NCBI GenBank assembly: GCA_964016885.1
Contig: OZ024740.1
Coordinates: forward strand, 74,090,001 to 74,154,000
From: Eledone cirrhosa
Lineage: Eukaryota
DNA: 64,000 nucleotides
Reading direction: 5' to 3'
In this document: in pieces, positions 41,808 through 54,750 of the stretch
Layout: each line of letters begins with the position of its first letter
Position numbering within the stretch: position 1 is the first letter of the stretch
Translations under genes and position numbers: made by a program
The notes under the pieces: model-generated
Database searches by the model: none
The model's input: only the letters and a program-made list of their open reading frames with translations
Told to the model about the DNA's origin: nothing

Positions 41808-44800
41808 GGTCGGAGTTTATCAGCTCATCCCATGTTTTTCTAGGTCTGCCTATTCCGTGGCTACCGTCTATCTTTATTGCCCTGCACTTTGTAATAGAGC
41901 TATCGACTTTCATGCGCATCACGTGTCCATACCAACGCAGCCTTCTCTCGAGTAAACAACATCTGATCCCTCTTATCTCTAATTTTTTCCTTAGTTCGTT
42001 TATGCTTTGCCGTTCACGTATATTACTGTTACACATCCAGCGGAGCATGCAAGCTTCGTTCCTCTCTAGTCTGCGTATATCCTCTGCACACAATGCCCAG
42101 GTCTCACTACCATGCAACATTGCTGTTCGTATGCAGGCATCGTACAACCTGCCTTTCATTTTTAGGGAGAACTCTTTAGCAGCTAATAGTGGTATAAGCT
42201 CTCTGAACTTTTTCCAACCAGTTCTGACTCTAGCTACAGTACTTTCAGAGCACCCTCCCCCACTGCTGATTTTATCGCCCAGGTAACGGAAGCTGTCCAC
42301 TATTTCTATAGAACCCTCTGCGCAATTGAAAGAGCTAGTATTTTGTGGGCACTTGCTGCTACTTATTGCACCAGAACATCGGCCACATGTAAAGTCTATG
42401 TTCTTAGTTAGCTTACCTGTGATCCCACTACATCTTTTATGCACCCATACTTTGCATTTAGGACATAAGATGGAGTTTCTACCTACGCCTTTCCTACATA
42501 CCGAGCACGACCATTTCCCAGAAGGGACCGCCGCCTTGTTTTCTTTCCTACAAACTAGAACTTTGGTCTTAGCCAGGTTAATTTTAAGTCCTTTTGACTC
42601 TAGGCCGTGCTTCCATGTTTGGAATTTCTTCTCTAGCTCGGCCATTGATTCCGCTATGAGTGTCAGGTCGTCTGCGTATAGGAGTTCCCATGGGCAGCCT
42701 GTCTTGAACTCCTCTGTTATAGCCTGAAGGGCAATAATAAATAGTAGGGGGCTGAGAACAGAGCCCTGATGGACGCCAACTTTTACGCTAAACTCTTCAC
42801 TATATTCGTTGTTAATTCTAACCTTGCTGACTGTTTCTTTATACATGGCTTGTATAGCCCTCACAAGCCATTCGTCAACGCCTAGTTTTCTAAGAGCCCA
42901 CCAGATAATGGAGCGGGGGACTCTGTCGAAGGCTTTCTCCAGGTCGACAAAAGCTAAGTAGAGGGGTTTACCTTTAGCTAGGTACTTCTCCTGTAGTTGT
43001 CGTACTATGAAAAGAGCGTCTGTGGTGCTTTTGCCTGACACAAACCCGAACTGCATTTCATCTAGATCAATTCTCTCTCTGATTAGTTGCGCTATTACTT
43101 TTTCCGTGACCTTCATGACCTGGTCGATTAATTTAATGCCTCTATAGTTACTCCTATCTAGGGCGTCTCCTTTACCCTTATAACAGTTAACGATGATGCT
43201 GCTATGCCAGTCCTTCGGAACAACCCCATTCTGTACGACTTGGTTAACTATGCGGGTGACCATGGTGTGTCCCACCGTGCCAGATGCCTTCAGCATCTCA
43301 GCAACTATTTCCGAAGGCCCAGCCGCCTTACCAGTCTTCATATCCTTGATTGCCTTACTTATTATACTCCCCTCGACTAACACTGCTGGTCCCTCTATCG
43401 GGTCGATATGGGGGAGACTGTCTTTCTCCCATTTATTCTCCTCATTTAGTAGCCTTTCATAGTGACACTTCCAAGCTACCTTCTTATCAGTGTCGGTGAT
43501 GGCAAGTATGCCATCATCGTTAAGTACACACTTCTCCCCGACAATATCACGGTTTTCCTTGACGCATTGCCTGGCAATCCTGAACACCTCACGTTTTTGG
43601 TCATCGCGTTGTAGAACATGCTTGAACTTTCTTTCCTCCGCTTCCCTTCTTGCTAAGTACACTTCTCTCCTAGCTTCCCTCCTGGCCACTTGATAGTCTA
43701 CTCTACTTCCCCCATCCCGCCATACTTTCCAAGCCTGCTTTTTGGCCTTAATTGACCCCTCCACCCTATTGTTCCACCACCATGTTACTCTCCTCCTGCC
43801 TACAGGCCTGCTCCAGCCACAGACCTCGTCTGTCGCCAACAGCAGGTTTGCTTTCAGAAATTTCCACTGTCCCTCTATATTGTCCGATTCTAGATGCTCT
43901 TCCTTACTGTCGAAAGCATCAAGTAATATGCTTTGAAATTTATTTCTGGCTGTGGGGTCCTTTAGCTTCCATATTTTTCTCCTGAGGATAGTCCTCTTCT
44001 GCTGTCGGGTACGTCTCGTCCTGACTATGAGGTCGCTAATTATCAGTCTATGTTGGGAGGTGCATTCTTCATGGGGGAGGGATTTAGTGTTTACAACAGA
44101 CACTCTGTCACGTCTTCTGGTAAGGATATAATCTACCTGGCTTGTGTGTTCCCCGGATCTATAGGTAATCAGGTGATTGTCACGTTTTTTGAAGTTAGTG
44201 TTACAGATAGTTAGGTTATTTGCATCACAGTATTCCAGGATTCTGGAGCCTTCCTCATTTCTAGTACCAAACCCATAGCCTCCATGGATTTCGTCGTAGC
44301 CGTCACAATGTTGTCCAACGTGACCATTTAGGTCGCCTGCAATAATTATATAGTCACTGTCAGATATTTGGGAGGTAGTTAGCAACAGTGTCTCATAGAA
44401 TCTGTCTTTTATAGTGCCGGGCAGTCCGGATTGGGGTGCGTACGCAGATATTACTGTCACCGTAGTTCTATTGAGGCCAAGTCTTATTTTAATTATTCTG
44501 TCGTTCACTCTATTTACGTCTATTATCTTATCTGCCCACTTTTCTGCTACCATGATTCCTACTCCACCCAGCCCATCGTCGTTTCCCACCCAGAAAAGCT
44601 TATAACATCGTTTTTTACCCTCAATGAATCTAGCAGACCCACCCCTCCACCTGGTCTCTTGAATACAACAAACATCGACCTCCTTACGTTCAAGCATTTC
44701 TACAACCTCGTTAGCGCGACCCTTTAGGGTGCCTACATTTATGGTACCAACTCTGAAGTTTTGGGTTGCGTTTGGAGGGTGGGGGTGGTGGGGGGCGGGA

Positions 44801-45035
44801 GGAGATAGGGTTATGTTAGCCATCCGCGGACGAAACAAAGAGGAGTGCTCGCATTCTCGTCCACGAGGTGAATTTGACTTTAACTTTGGCATTTTCGCTC
44901 TGGGCGTCCAGATTTTTCTCTCCCTTCCACTCTCCAGGATTCCGCAGTCCGTCCGTCCATCCATCCATCCATCATATATCGAAGGCAACCGGGCAAGCGA
45001 TAGTATAGGCCTCTGGCTTATGATTTGGTCCGCGT
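41808..45035 (-). mobile_element. Near full-length RTE LINE subfamily A with intact APE-RT ORF; 3' end lost in the gap
   Basis: GTINVGTL, CIQETRW, SAYAPQ, AGDLNGH, SQH, YADD, C4HC3 insert; probable start MANIT at 44823. Confidence 0.95.
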
Positions 45036-45057
45036 AATAATAATAATAATGGTGATG

Positions 45058-45742
<685 letters not shown>

Positions 45743-45744
<2 letters not shown>

Positions 45745-46055
45745 TTTATAGAAGGGTCTGAAGGTATGTGGGCGAAGGTCTAAATTTATGTCTAAGAAAT
45801 CTATACTAGAGAGGTTGGTAGCTACCGTTATCCTAAGTCCTAACTCATTAAATGTAGAAATTAAATCTTTTTTAAACCAGTCCAGGTCGTGACCACTTTT
45901 ATGGTTCGACAGGGTCAGACCATCGTCGCGGTATATTCCCATGTGGAAGTCCGGGAATCTAGCACGTAATATGTCTAAAATAAATAGGCCAACCAAGTCG
46001 CATACGTCAGCACTGTCGAACGATCCCATGGAGACGTCGACTAGTTCTGAAATGG
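45743..46055 (-). pseudogene. Penelope-like RT core fragment
   Basis: MGSFDSADVCDLVGL..GIYRDDGL..LGLRIT..IDFLDINLDL..FRPFYK. Confidence 0.85.
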
Positions 46056-46117
46056 TTGACTTCTAAAAATATACATACATATAAATATACATACATATAT
46101 ATAAATATACATATATT

Positions 46118-47790
46118 ATCAGCCTCATTTTTCGTCTGCTTTTCCCTGCTTGCAAGGGTGGAGTGGGTCATATTCAGCACAGCATCTCTCCATACGTCAC
46201 GGTCCTTTGTCATCTCCTCCGTGAGCTTCAGAGCTCTGAGGTCTGCTCGCACCACCTCCGTCCATGTTTTTTGTGGTCTTCCTCTACTGCATTTTCCTTC
46301 AACTGGGATTTCTTGGCACTTCTTTACCCAGTGGTCATCCTCCATGCACATTACATGTCCATACCATTGCAGTCTTCTCTCCCGCACACTACAACTTATC
46401 CCTCTTATACAGTTTCTCATTCAACTCATCTATGCTTGGTCATTCACGCACATTGACATTGCACATTCAATGGAGCATGCTTGCTTCATTTCTCTCCAGC
46501 CGTTGTATATCCTCCACAGTTGCTGCCCATGTCTCACTACCATGCAGCATCGCGCATCTCACACAGGCATCATATAACCGGCCTTTCGTATGCAGGGAGA
46601 AACCCTTTTTTGTCAACAGAGGAAGCAGCTCCCTAAACTTCTTCCAACCCATCCTTATTTGAGAAATGTGTCTATCACTGCGACTTCTACTGCCAACTTT
46701 CCCTGTACATCTACTACATACATAGTTTTCCTTACCTGTTAGTTTGCCTGTTATCTCACTACATCTCTTGTGTACCCAAGATCTGCATTGTGTACATTTT
46801 GTAGAATTTATGCCAGCTCCTTTTCTGCATATCAAACATGGCCATTTCCCTGATGGAATCAGAGTTTTGTCCTCTTTCCTACTTACCAACACTTTTGTCT
46901 TAGCTAGGTTCACTCTCAGTCTTCTTGATTCCAACAGCTGTTTCCATAGTCAGAATTTATTCTCTACACTCCTCTACTGATTCTGCTATAAGTACCAGAT
47001 CGTCAACATAGAGAAGTTCCCATGAGCAGCCAGTCTTAAACTCCTCTGTTATGACTTGGAGGACTATAATGAACAAGGGCGGGCTGAGGGCCGAATCCTG
47101 ATGAACTAGTTTAGTTCCTACTTCTCCTGATGCCTTTAACATCTCAGCGACTATGCTTGACGGTCCAGCAGCCTTACCACTTTTCGTTTCTTTAATTGCC
47201 ATTTTGACCCTATAGCCATCAACCTCAATAGCTGGTCCTTCTGTTGGGTCTGCTGGGGGTAGTTTCTCTCTCTCCCATTCATTCTCAACACTCATCAATC
47301 TTTCATAGTGACATTTCCAAGCCTTCTTTTTCTGAGCATCAGTGATGCTAAGTGCACCAGCATCATTTCAGACACACTTATCCACAACAGCCTGATTTAC
47401 ACTGATACACTGCCTTGCAATGTGGAACACCTCATGTTTCTGATCCTCTCATCACAAAACATTGGCAAACCTCCTACTCTCAGCTTCCTTGTGTGCTATG
47501 TACACTTGATGTCTACCCTCTCTTTCAGCAGCTGAATATTGGTCTCTACTCCCCCCATTTTTACAATTCTTCCATGCTTGTCTTTTGTCTTTAATGGCTC
47601 TATCTACATTGATGTTCCACCACCAAGTCACCCTTTGTCTGGTTGGAGCTTTGCTCCAGCCACAAGTCTCTTCAGTTATCTTCTATATCATAAAATTCAA
47701 ATTCGTCTTCTCTCTCATCATACACATCCTGTAGGTCTTTCCTAAACCTATATTTAAGTGAAAGGTCCTTTAGCTTCCAGACCTTCCTGT
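46118..47790 (-). mobile_element. Older, internally deleted RTE LINE (third subfamily)
   Basis: ORFs 46957..47298, 46467..46934, 46007..46420; still carries the GKWPC..C..C..C..HKRC..C..C insert. Confidence 0.88.
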
Positions 47791-47799
47791 GTGTCTCAT

Positions 47800-48560
47800 T
47801 CTGTCTTTTGCACTGCAAAGCCATTTGAACTGAAAGAAGTCTCAAACTTCTTAGTCATCTGAAACATCATGGTGAAGATGCCCGCATCTTCGTGAATGAA
47901 AAGAAGTTCATGATAGACAATGTTGCAAATCATCAAAACTCACAAGTGATAGTGTATGACCCTTCCCAAGTTCCTTCAGCTCTGCATAGCAAGAATCTGG
48001 TTTCCATTATGATCTTTGGAGCTGTTATAAGTGATGGGAAATTGATGCCCCCTCATTTTATTGAAGCTTGTCTTAAAATCAATAAAGCAGAGTAACTCAA
48101 AATCTTAGAAGTTTTGTTCCCTAGGAAGCATTATGATGCAAGTCGAGTCATGTTTGTGCCCACTTATTCTTCAAAAATAGTGCAAGAATTTTTGTTTGTC
48201 CCTAAAGATATCTAGCCCTCTAGCTCGCCATATTTGAATCCATGTGATATTTGGCTATGGGGCACAGTTGAAGCAATATCCAAAGCAACTTCTCACAACT
48301 GTGTGTCTTCAATGAAGGCTTTGATCAAACAAGCATTCAATAAAATGAAAAAGGAAGACATGGTTAAGGCATGCACATTATTTTGTAAATGGATTGAACT
48401 GGTACAGAAATCAAATGGCCATCACATTGAACTGAAGTAAGTGCTAAACACTCCACAATAAATGGGCATAAACATAAAATTTACAGTGCTTTATTTTTCC
48501 GAGTTATACCAATTATAATAAAGATATTTAAATGGTCCCAATTTACCTGTTATACCCTCT
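47800..48560 (+). pseudogene. Decayed Tc1/mariner (maT-like) transposase, 3' half
   Basis: NEKKF..IMIFGAVISDGKLMPPHFI..PSSSPYLNPCDIWLWG..NGHHIE. Confidence 0.8.
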
Positions 48561-48589
48561 GTGTGTGTGTGTGTATATACATATATACA

Positions 48590-51500
48590 CGACAAATTCA
48601 CCTCATGCTGCCGGACGAAAGGGCAAGCCCCCCCCCCCCTCTTTGTTTCGGCCGCAGATGGCCAACATAACCCCAAACTCATCCCCCTCACCCCTCCCTG
48701 CGCCCCATCCTCCAAACACAATCCAAAACTTCAGAGTTGGTACCATGAACGTAGGCACCTTAAAAGGCCGCTCTAACGAGGTTGTAGAATTGCTTGAACG
48801 TAAGGAGGTCGATGTTTGTTGTATTCAAGAGACCAGGTGGAGGGGTGGGTCTGCTAGATTCATTGTGGGTAAAAAACGATGCTATAAGCTTTTCTGGGTG
48901 GGAAATGACAATGGGCTGGATGGAGTAGGAATCATGGTAGCAGAAAAGTGGGCAGATAAGATAATAGACGTAAATAGAGTGAACGACAGAATAATTAAAA
49001 TAAGAACTACTGTGACAGTAATATCTGCATGCGCGCCCCAATCCGGACTGCCTGGCGTTATAAAAGACAGATTCTATGAGACACTGATGCTCACTCCCTC
49101 CCAAATAACCGACAGTGACTATATAATTATTGCTGGCGACCTAAATGGCCACGTTGGACAACATTCTGACGGCTATGATGGAATCCACGGAGGCTATGGG
49201 TTTGGTACTAGAAACGAGGAAGGCTCCAGAATCCTGGAATTCTGTGATGCAAATAACCTAACTATCTGTAACACTAACTTCAAAAAACGAGACAATCACT
49301 TGATCACCTACAGATCAGGGGAACATACCAGCCAGGTAGATTATATCCTTACCAGAAGACGTGACAGAGTGTCTGTTGTAAACACTAAATCCCTCCCCCA
49401 TGAAGAATGCACCTCCCAACATAGACTGATAATTAGCGACCTCATAGTCAGGACGAGACATACTAGACAGCAGAAGAGGACTATTTCTCAGGAGAAAAAT
49501 ATGGAAGCTAAAGGATCCCACAGCCAGAAATAAACTTCAAAGCATATTACTTGATGCTTTCGACAGTAAGGAAGAGCATTTAGAGTCGTACAATGTAGAG
49601 GAACAGTGGGAATTCCTGAAAGCAAACCTGCTGATGGCGGCAGACGAAGTCTGTGGCTGGAGCAAGCCTGTAGGCAGGAGGAGAGTAACATGGTGGTGGA
49701 ACAGTAAGGTGGAGGGGTCAATCAAGGCCAAAAAGCAGGCTTGGAAAGCATGGCGGGATGGGGGAAGTAGAGAAGACTATCAAGTGGCCAGGAGGGAAGC
49801 TAGGAGACAAGTGTACTTCGCAAGAAGGGAAGCAGAGGAAAGAAAGTTCAAGCATGTTCTACAACGCGAGGACCAAAAACGTGAGGTGTTCAGGATTGCT
49901 AGGCAATGTGTCAAGGAAAACCGTGATATTGTCGGGGAGAAGTGTGTACTTAACGATGATGGCATACTTGCCATCAATGACGCTGATAAGAAGGTAGCTT
50001 GGAAGTGTCACTACGAAAGGCTACTAAATGAGGAGAATAAATGGGAGAAAGACAGTCTCCCCCACATCGACCCAATAGAGGGACCAGCAGTGTTAGTCGA
50101 AGGTAGTATAATAAGTAAGGCAATCAAAGATATGAAGACGGGTAAGGCGGCTGGGCCTTCGGAAATAGTTGCTGAGATGCTGAAAGCCTCTGGAACGGTG
50201 GGACACACCATGGTCACCCGGATAGTAAACCAAGTCATACAGAATGGGGTTGTTCCAAAGGACTAGCGTAGCAGCATCATCGTTAACTGTTACAAGGGTA
50301 AAGGAGACGCCCTAGATAGGAGTAACTATAGAGGCATTAAATTAATCGACCAGGTCATGAAGGTCACGGAAAAAGTAATAGCGCAATTAATCAGAGAGAG
50401 AATTGATCTAGATGAAATGCAGTTCGGGTTTGTGTCAGGCAAAAGTACCACAGACGCTCTTTTCATTGTACGACAACTACAAGAGAAGTACCTAGCTAAA
50501 AGTAAACCCCTATACTTAGCTTTTGTCGACCTGGAGAAAGCCTTCGACAGAGTCCCCCGTTCCATTATCTGGTGGGCTCTTAGAAAACTAGGTGTTGACG
50601 AATGGCTTGTGAGAGCTATACAAGCCATGTATAAAGAAACAGTCAGCAAGGTTAGAATTAACAACGAATATAGCAAAGAGTTTAGCGTAAAAGTTGGTGT
50701 CCATCAGGGCTCTGTTCTTAGCCCCCTACTATTTATTATTGCCCTTCAGGCTATAACAGAGGAGTTCAAGACCGGCTGCCCATGGGAACTCCTATACGCA
50801 GATTATCTAACGCTCATAGCTGAATCAATGGCCGAGCTAGAGAAGAAATTCCAAACATGGAAGCACGGCCTAGAATCAAAAGGCCTTAAAATTAACCTGG
50901 CTAAGACTAAAGTTCTAGTTTGTAGGAAAGAAAATAAGGTGCCGGTCCCTTCCGGGAAATGGCCATGCTCAGTGTGTAGGAAAGGCGTAGGTAGAAACTC
51001 CATTTTATGTCCCAAATGCAAAGTATGGGTGCATAAAAGATGTAGTGGGATCACAGGTAAGCTAACTAAGAACATAGATTTTACATGTGGCCGGTGCTCT
51101 GGTGAAATAAGTAGCAGCAAGTGCCCACAAAATACTAGCCCTTTCAATTGCGCAGAGGGTTCTATAGAAATAGTGGACAGCTTCCGTTACCTGGGTGACA
51201 AAATCAGCAGTGGGGGAGGGTGCTCTGAAAGTACAGTAGCTAGAGTCAGAACTGGATGGAAAAAGTTCAGAGAGCTTATACCACTATTAGCCGCTAAAGG
51301 GTTCTCCCTAAAAATGAAAGGCAGGTTGTATGATGCCTGCATACGAACAGCAATGTTGCATGGCAGTGAGACCTGGGCATTGTGTGCAGAGGATATACGC
51401 AGACTAGAGAGGAACGAAGCTTGCATGCTCCGCTGGATGTGTAATAGTAATATACGTGAACGGCAAAGCATAAACGAACTAAGGAAAAAATTAGAAATAA

Positions 51501-51823
51501 GAGGGATCAGATGTTGTTTACTCGAGAGAAGGCTACGTTGGTATGGTCACGTGATGCGCATGAAAGACGACAGCTGTATAACAAAGTGCAGGGCAATAAA
51601 GATAGACGGTAGCCATGGCGTAGACAGACCCAGAAAAACCTGGGACGATCTGATAAATTCCGACCTCACACACTTACACCTCTCCAAGACAATGTCACTG
51701 GACCGAGACCTTTGGCGGTACTCAGTAATAGAGAAGACCCGCCTTACCTAAATACAAAGTAAAACCTACTACAGTCAGTAGGCATCTCTAACAAAATACA
51801 AGCGTGGAACATGGACGTTAAAC

Positions 51824-51857
<34 letters not shown>
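48590..51857 (+). mobile_element. Near full-length but dead RTE subfamily A
   Basis: Frameshift near 49487, TAG at 50264, YADY in place of YADD, 3'UTR internally deleted, (GAT)n tail. Confidence 0.94.
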
Positions 51858-52562
51858 TATATACATCATCATCATCATCGTTTAACATCTATATATATGT
51901 GTTTATATACTTTCACCCCCTAGATTCCTATGGCTCTGATATGGTCAGAAACATACTTTTTCAGCTTATACAGACCAAAAAAAATGCACACACACCTCTA
52001 CATTTACCTTCACAGCTCTGTACACACACATTCCCTTATATACACATACTTTTGCTCACGGCTTCATACTTACAAGCGTATATACATACTCTTTTACTTA
52101 CATATACACACACATATCCTCTTAGCTTTGTACGATGTATAATAATATACACACACATATGCATGCACACATACAGCTCTATATACAAAACGGTTTTCTC
52201 CCCTTTCAGATAGATGCGCTCCATCATCAACTTTTCTAAAAAAGTATATCATACACAAAACGCCAGCATCAACAGTTTTCCAAGAAATGGCAACATAAAT
52301 GGCTCTGTTATTTTTCTCTAAAAAATTTTTTTCCTGTTCCGCCCAGCCTATGTTTTTATTTCTTCTTTAATGTTTTTATTTCTTCTTTAATTTCTCATTC
52401 TTTCCTCTGATGAAGGACTAGGATCCGAAACATTGTTTTGTTATTTTTGTTATTTCTGTTTACCTTTTACACACACACACACATATATATATAAATATAT
52501 ATTAAGTGTAATGAGTTCTTTTACAATGAAAATAGCTCAAAGAAAGAAATATTTCTGAGCCG

Positions 52563-53090
52563 TGTAAAACATTTAAATATAAATTAATATATATGATGAA
52601 ACACAAATACCAACATATCTGCATTTATATTGTAAAAGAAATTTAGTTAGCTAGAATGAAATAAACTAATTATAATATTACAGCCTGCCTATATCGATTT
52701 AAAATAATAAATCAACAAAGACAAACAGTATTGCCAAATGGTATTGCCAAATATTTTAAAAGACTTTTAAAATATAACAGTCTTTTAAAATATTTAGAAG
52801 TGAAGCATATCAATTTGTTCGGGATGTTTACTGAAGAGAGCTGGACAAGATATCCTTACACTTATTTATCTTGAAACATATTTGGATTTTAAAGTTTAAA
52901 CTTATCTACGGAACAGGTTTGATTTTGAAATTTAAATGTGTCTAAACATCACGGCCATTTGGCAATACTGTTTGTCTTTGTTGATTTATTATTTTAAATC
53001 GACATAGGCAGGCTGTAATATTATAATTAGTATATTTCATTCTAGCTAACTAAATTTCTTTTACAATTTATATTTAAATGTTTTATATAA
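52563..53090. mobile_element. Small PLE/retrozyme-like unit: inverted ends around a hammerhead motif
   Basis: Arms about 52630-52741 and 52955-53066, extending outward. Confidence 0.65.
52820..52953 (+). ncRNA. Type I hammerhead motif with a long stem II region
   Basis: gatgttta-CTGAAGA-(~90 nt)-GAAA-tttaaatgtGTC-taaacatc; perfect 8-bp stem I, weak stem III. Confidence 0.65.
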
Positions 53091-53144
53091 ATATATATAT
53101 ATATGTTTGTGTGTGTATATATACATACATATATATATATATAT

Positions 53145-53475
53145 GGAGGCACATGGCTTAGTGGTTAGAGCATTGGCCTTGCAATCGAACGGTTGTGAGT
53201 TCAATTCTCAGACCGGGTGATGTGTTGTTTCCTTGAGCAAGACAATTTATTTCACATTGCTCCAGTTTACTCAGCTGTAGAAATGAGATGATAGGGACTG
53301 GGGTCCATATCATTCCACTGCAAAGTGGTCGTGGAGGTGTCACGGCAAAAAAAAAGCACCCAGCACTCACTGTAAATGAGGTTGGTGTTATGAAGGGCAT
53401 CCAGCTGTAGAAATCAAGCCAGCATCAGTTCCCGTCTCACCCTTGCAAGCAGGGAAAAAGCGGACATAAAATGAA
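53145..53475 (+). mobile_element. tRNA-derived SINE with ccttgagcaag core and RTE-derived tail
   Basis: A-box tggcttagtgg, B-box gagttcaattc; tail shared with RTE 3'UTR. Confidence 0.88.
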
Positions 53476-53752
53476 ATATATATATATATCCTAAACGGAC
53501 ATATAGTAATATTGTTGTGGTCGTGTTTTCGTTGGCAATAGTCTGTTTACGACAGTACAGCGCGGCTCTACTTTATTTAACTGAGATAAAACTTATATGA
53601 GCATGAACAGTAGATCATTACGCATCTTTTGGCTTAAAAATCTAGAAATTTGGTCCATCGGGAAAAAGTTTATAATCAAAGTTTGCTGATAAATCGTGTG
53701 TTCAAGTGAGTGAGTAGTAAGCGTGACGCTAGGGGAGGTAATCCAGAAATGA

Positions 53753-53938
53753 CGACGTTTGGAAAAGTTTAATTACTGCATGAAAGAAATGATTCAAAAA
53801 TTGAACTTGCCCAATCTTCACAACATTGAAAATTGGTCAAAATTTGACAAATCTGACTTCAAATCAGATATGATTCATTTGAACAATGTTGGAAATCTTA
53901 AATTGACACAAATTTTTGCCAATGTTTTTGCCACCTGA
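53753..53938 (+). pseudogene. SGNH/GDSL hydrolase-like C-terminal fragment
   Basis: RRLEKFNYCMKEMIQKLNLPNLHNIENWSKFDKSDFKSDMIHLNNVGNLKLTQIFANVFAT*; DxxH-L-N-x-x-G motif; AATAAA about 40 nt downstream. Confidence 0.6.
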
Positions 53939-54118
53939 TCCTTGTTCTATGGCTGACTGACTAATTTTGTGACTTAATAAAATGTCATCATACTAGTAAT
54001 GCACAATGGGCATTTTTAAATTTAAATTTTATTAAATAGTTGTTGCTTGCATTGCCTTAAAATAGAAACAAGAATGTACACATACTTATTAAAAATACAT
54101 CATTATCAGTCAAATCAG

Positions 54119-54477
54119 TCAAATGTCACTAAAAGCCAGGTGGTCGATAACAACTTCTATAAGATTAGTTACATGCTCACACATTGGATCACCTCTCATC
54201 AATGGCATTGGGTGTCTGAGATAATCGTGGAGATAACTGATGAAGTCACAAATGAAGTGATGGTCTTCCAGTGTGAACAACTCCCTATATCCATTGATAT
54301 ATGTGATGGCTTCCGATTCATAGGTGCATTTTATGAGGAATTCCATGCATCCGATTTTCAGTGATTCAATGGGCATTTATCAGAGATGATAAGGTATTTG
54401 ACCACGTTTTACTTTGTAAGTAAATTGGAGAGAATCACTGCAGTCAAAGTCATTTCTTTGCATGGGTTTTTGTCCAT
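54119..54477 (-). pseudogene. BACK (BTB-associated)-like ORF, ~119 aa after repairing one stop and one frameshift
   Basis: ILSNLLTK*NVVKYLIISDK/MPIESLKIGCMEFLIK fits the L..EN....L..AD......LK..C..F pattern; ttttag lies just before the ATG. Confidence 0.55.
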
Positions 54478-54750
54478 TCTAAAAAGTTAAAATGATAAAG
54501 TATTACTACTATATAACTTACATCTATTGTTGTAACACCATTGAAATGCACAAGTTTCACCAATTCACTATTATGCCCTAATCATCTCAAATGCATTCAT
54601 GATTTACTAGCTTTGTCATTAAGCCAGTTGCCTCAACTAGATTGCAATTATACTCAAAAGAACTTTAAAATGTCAATCACTTGTCAGTAATTCACTATGA
54701 TCATTTAATTATTAGATAGTTGTTGCTTGCATTGCCTTAAAAAATAGTAG

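Noticed and set aside
41437-42286. ORFs of 1183 aa and 241 aa crossing the N run
   Set aside because: They join two different, oppositely oriented LINE copies across an assembly gap.
53145-53215. tRNA gene
   Set aside because: A and B boxes are present but there is no complete cloverleaf and it continues into a SINE body.
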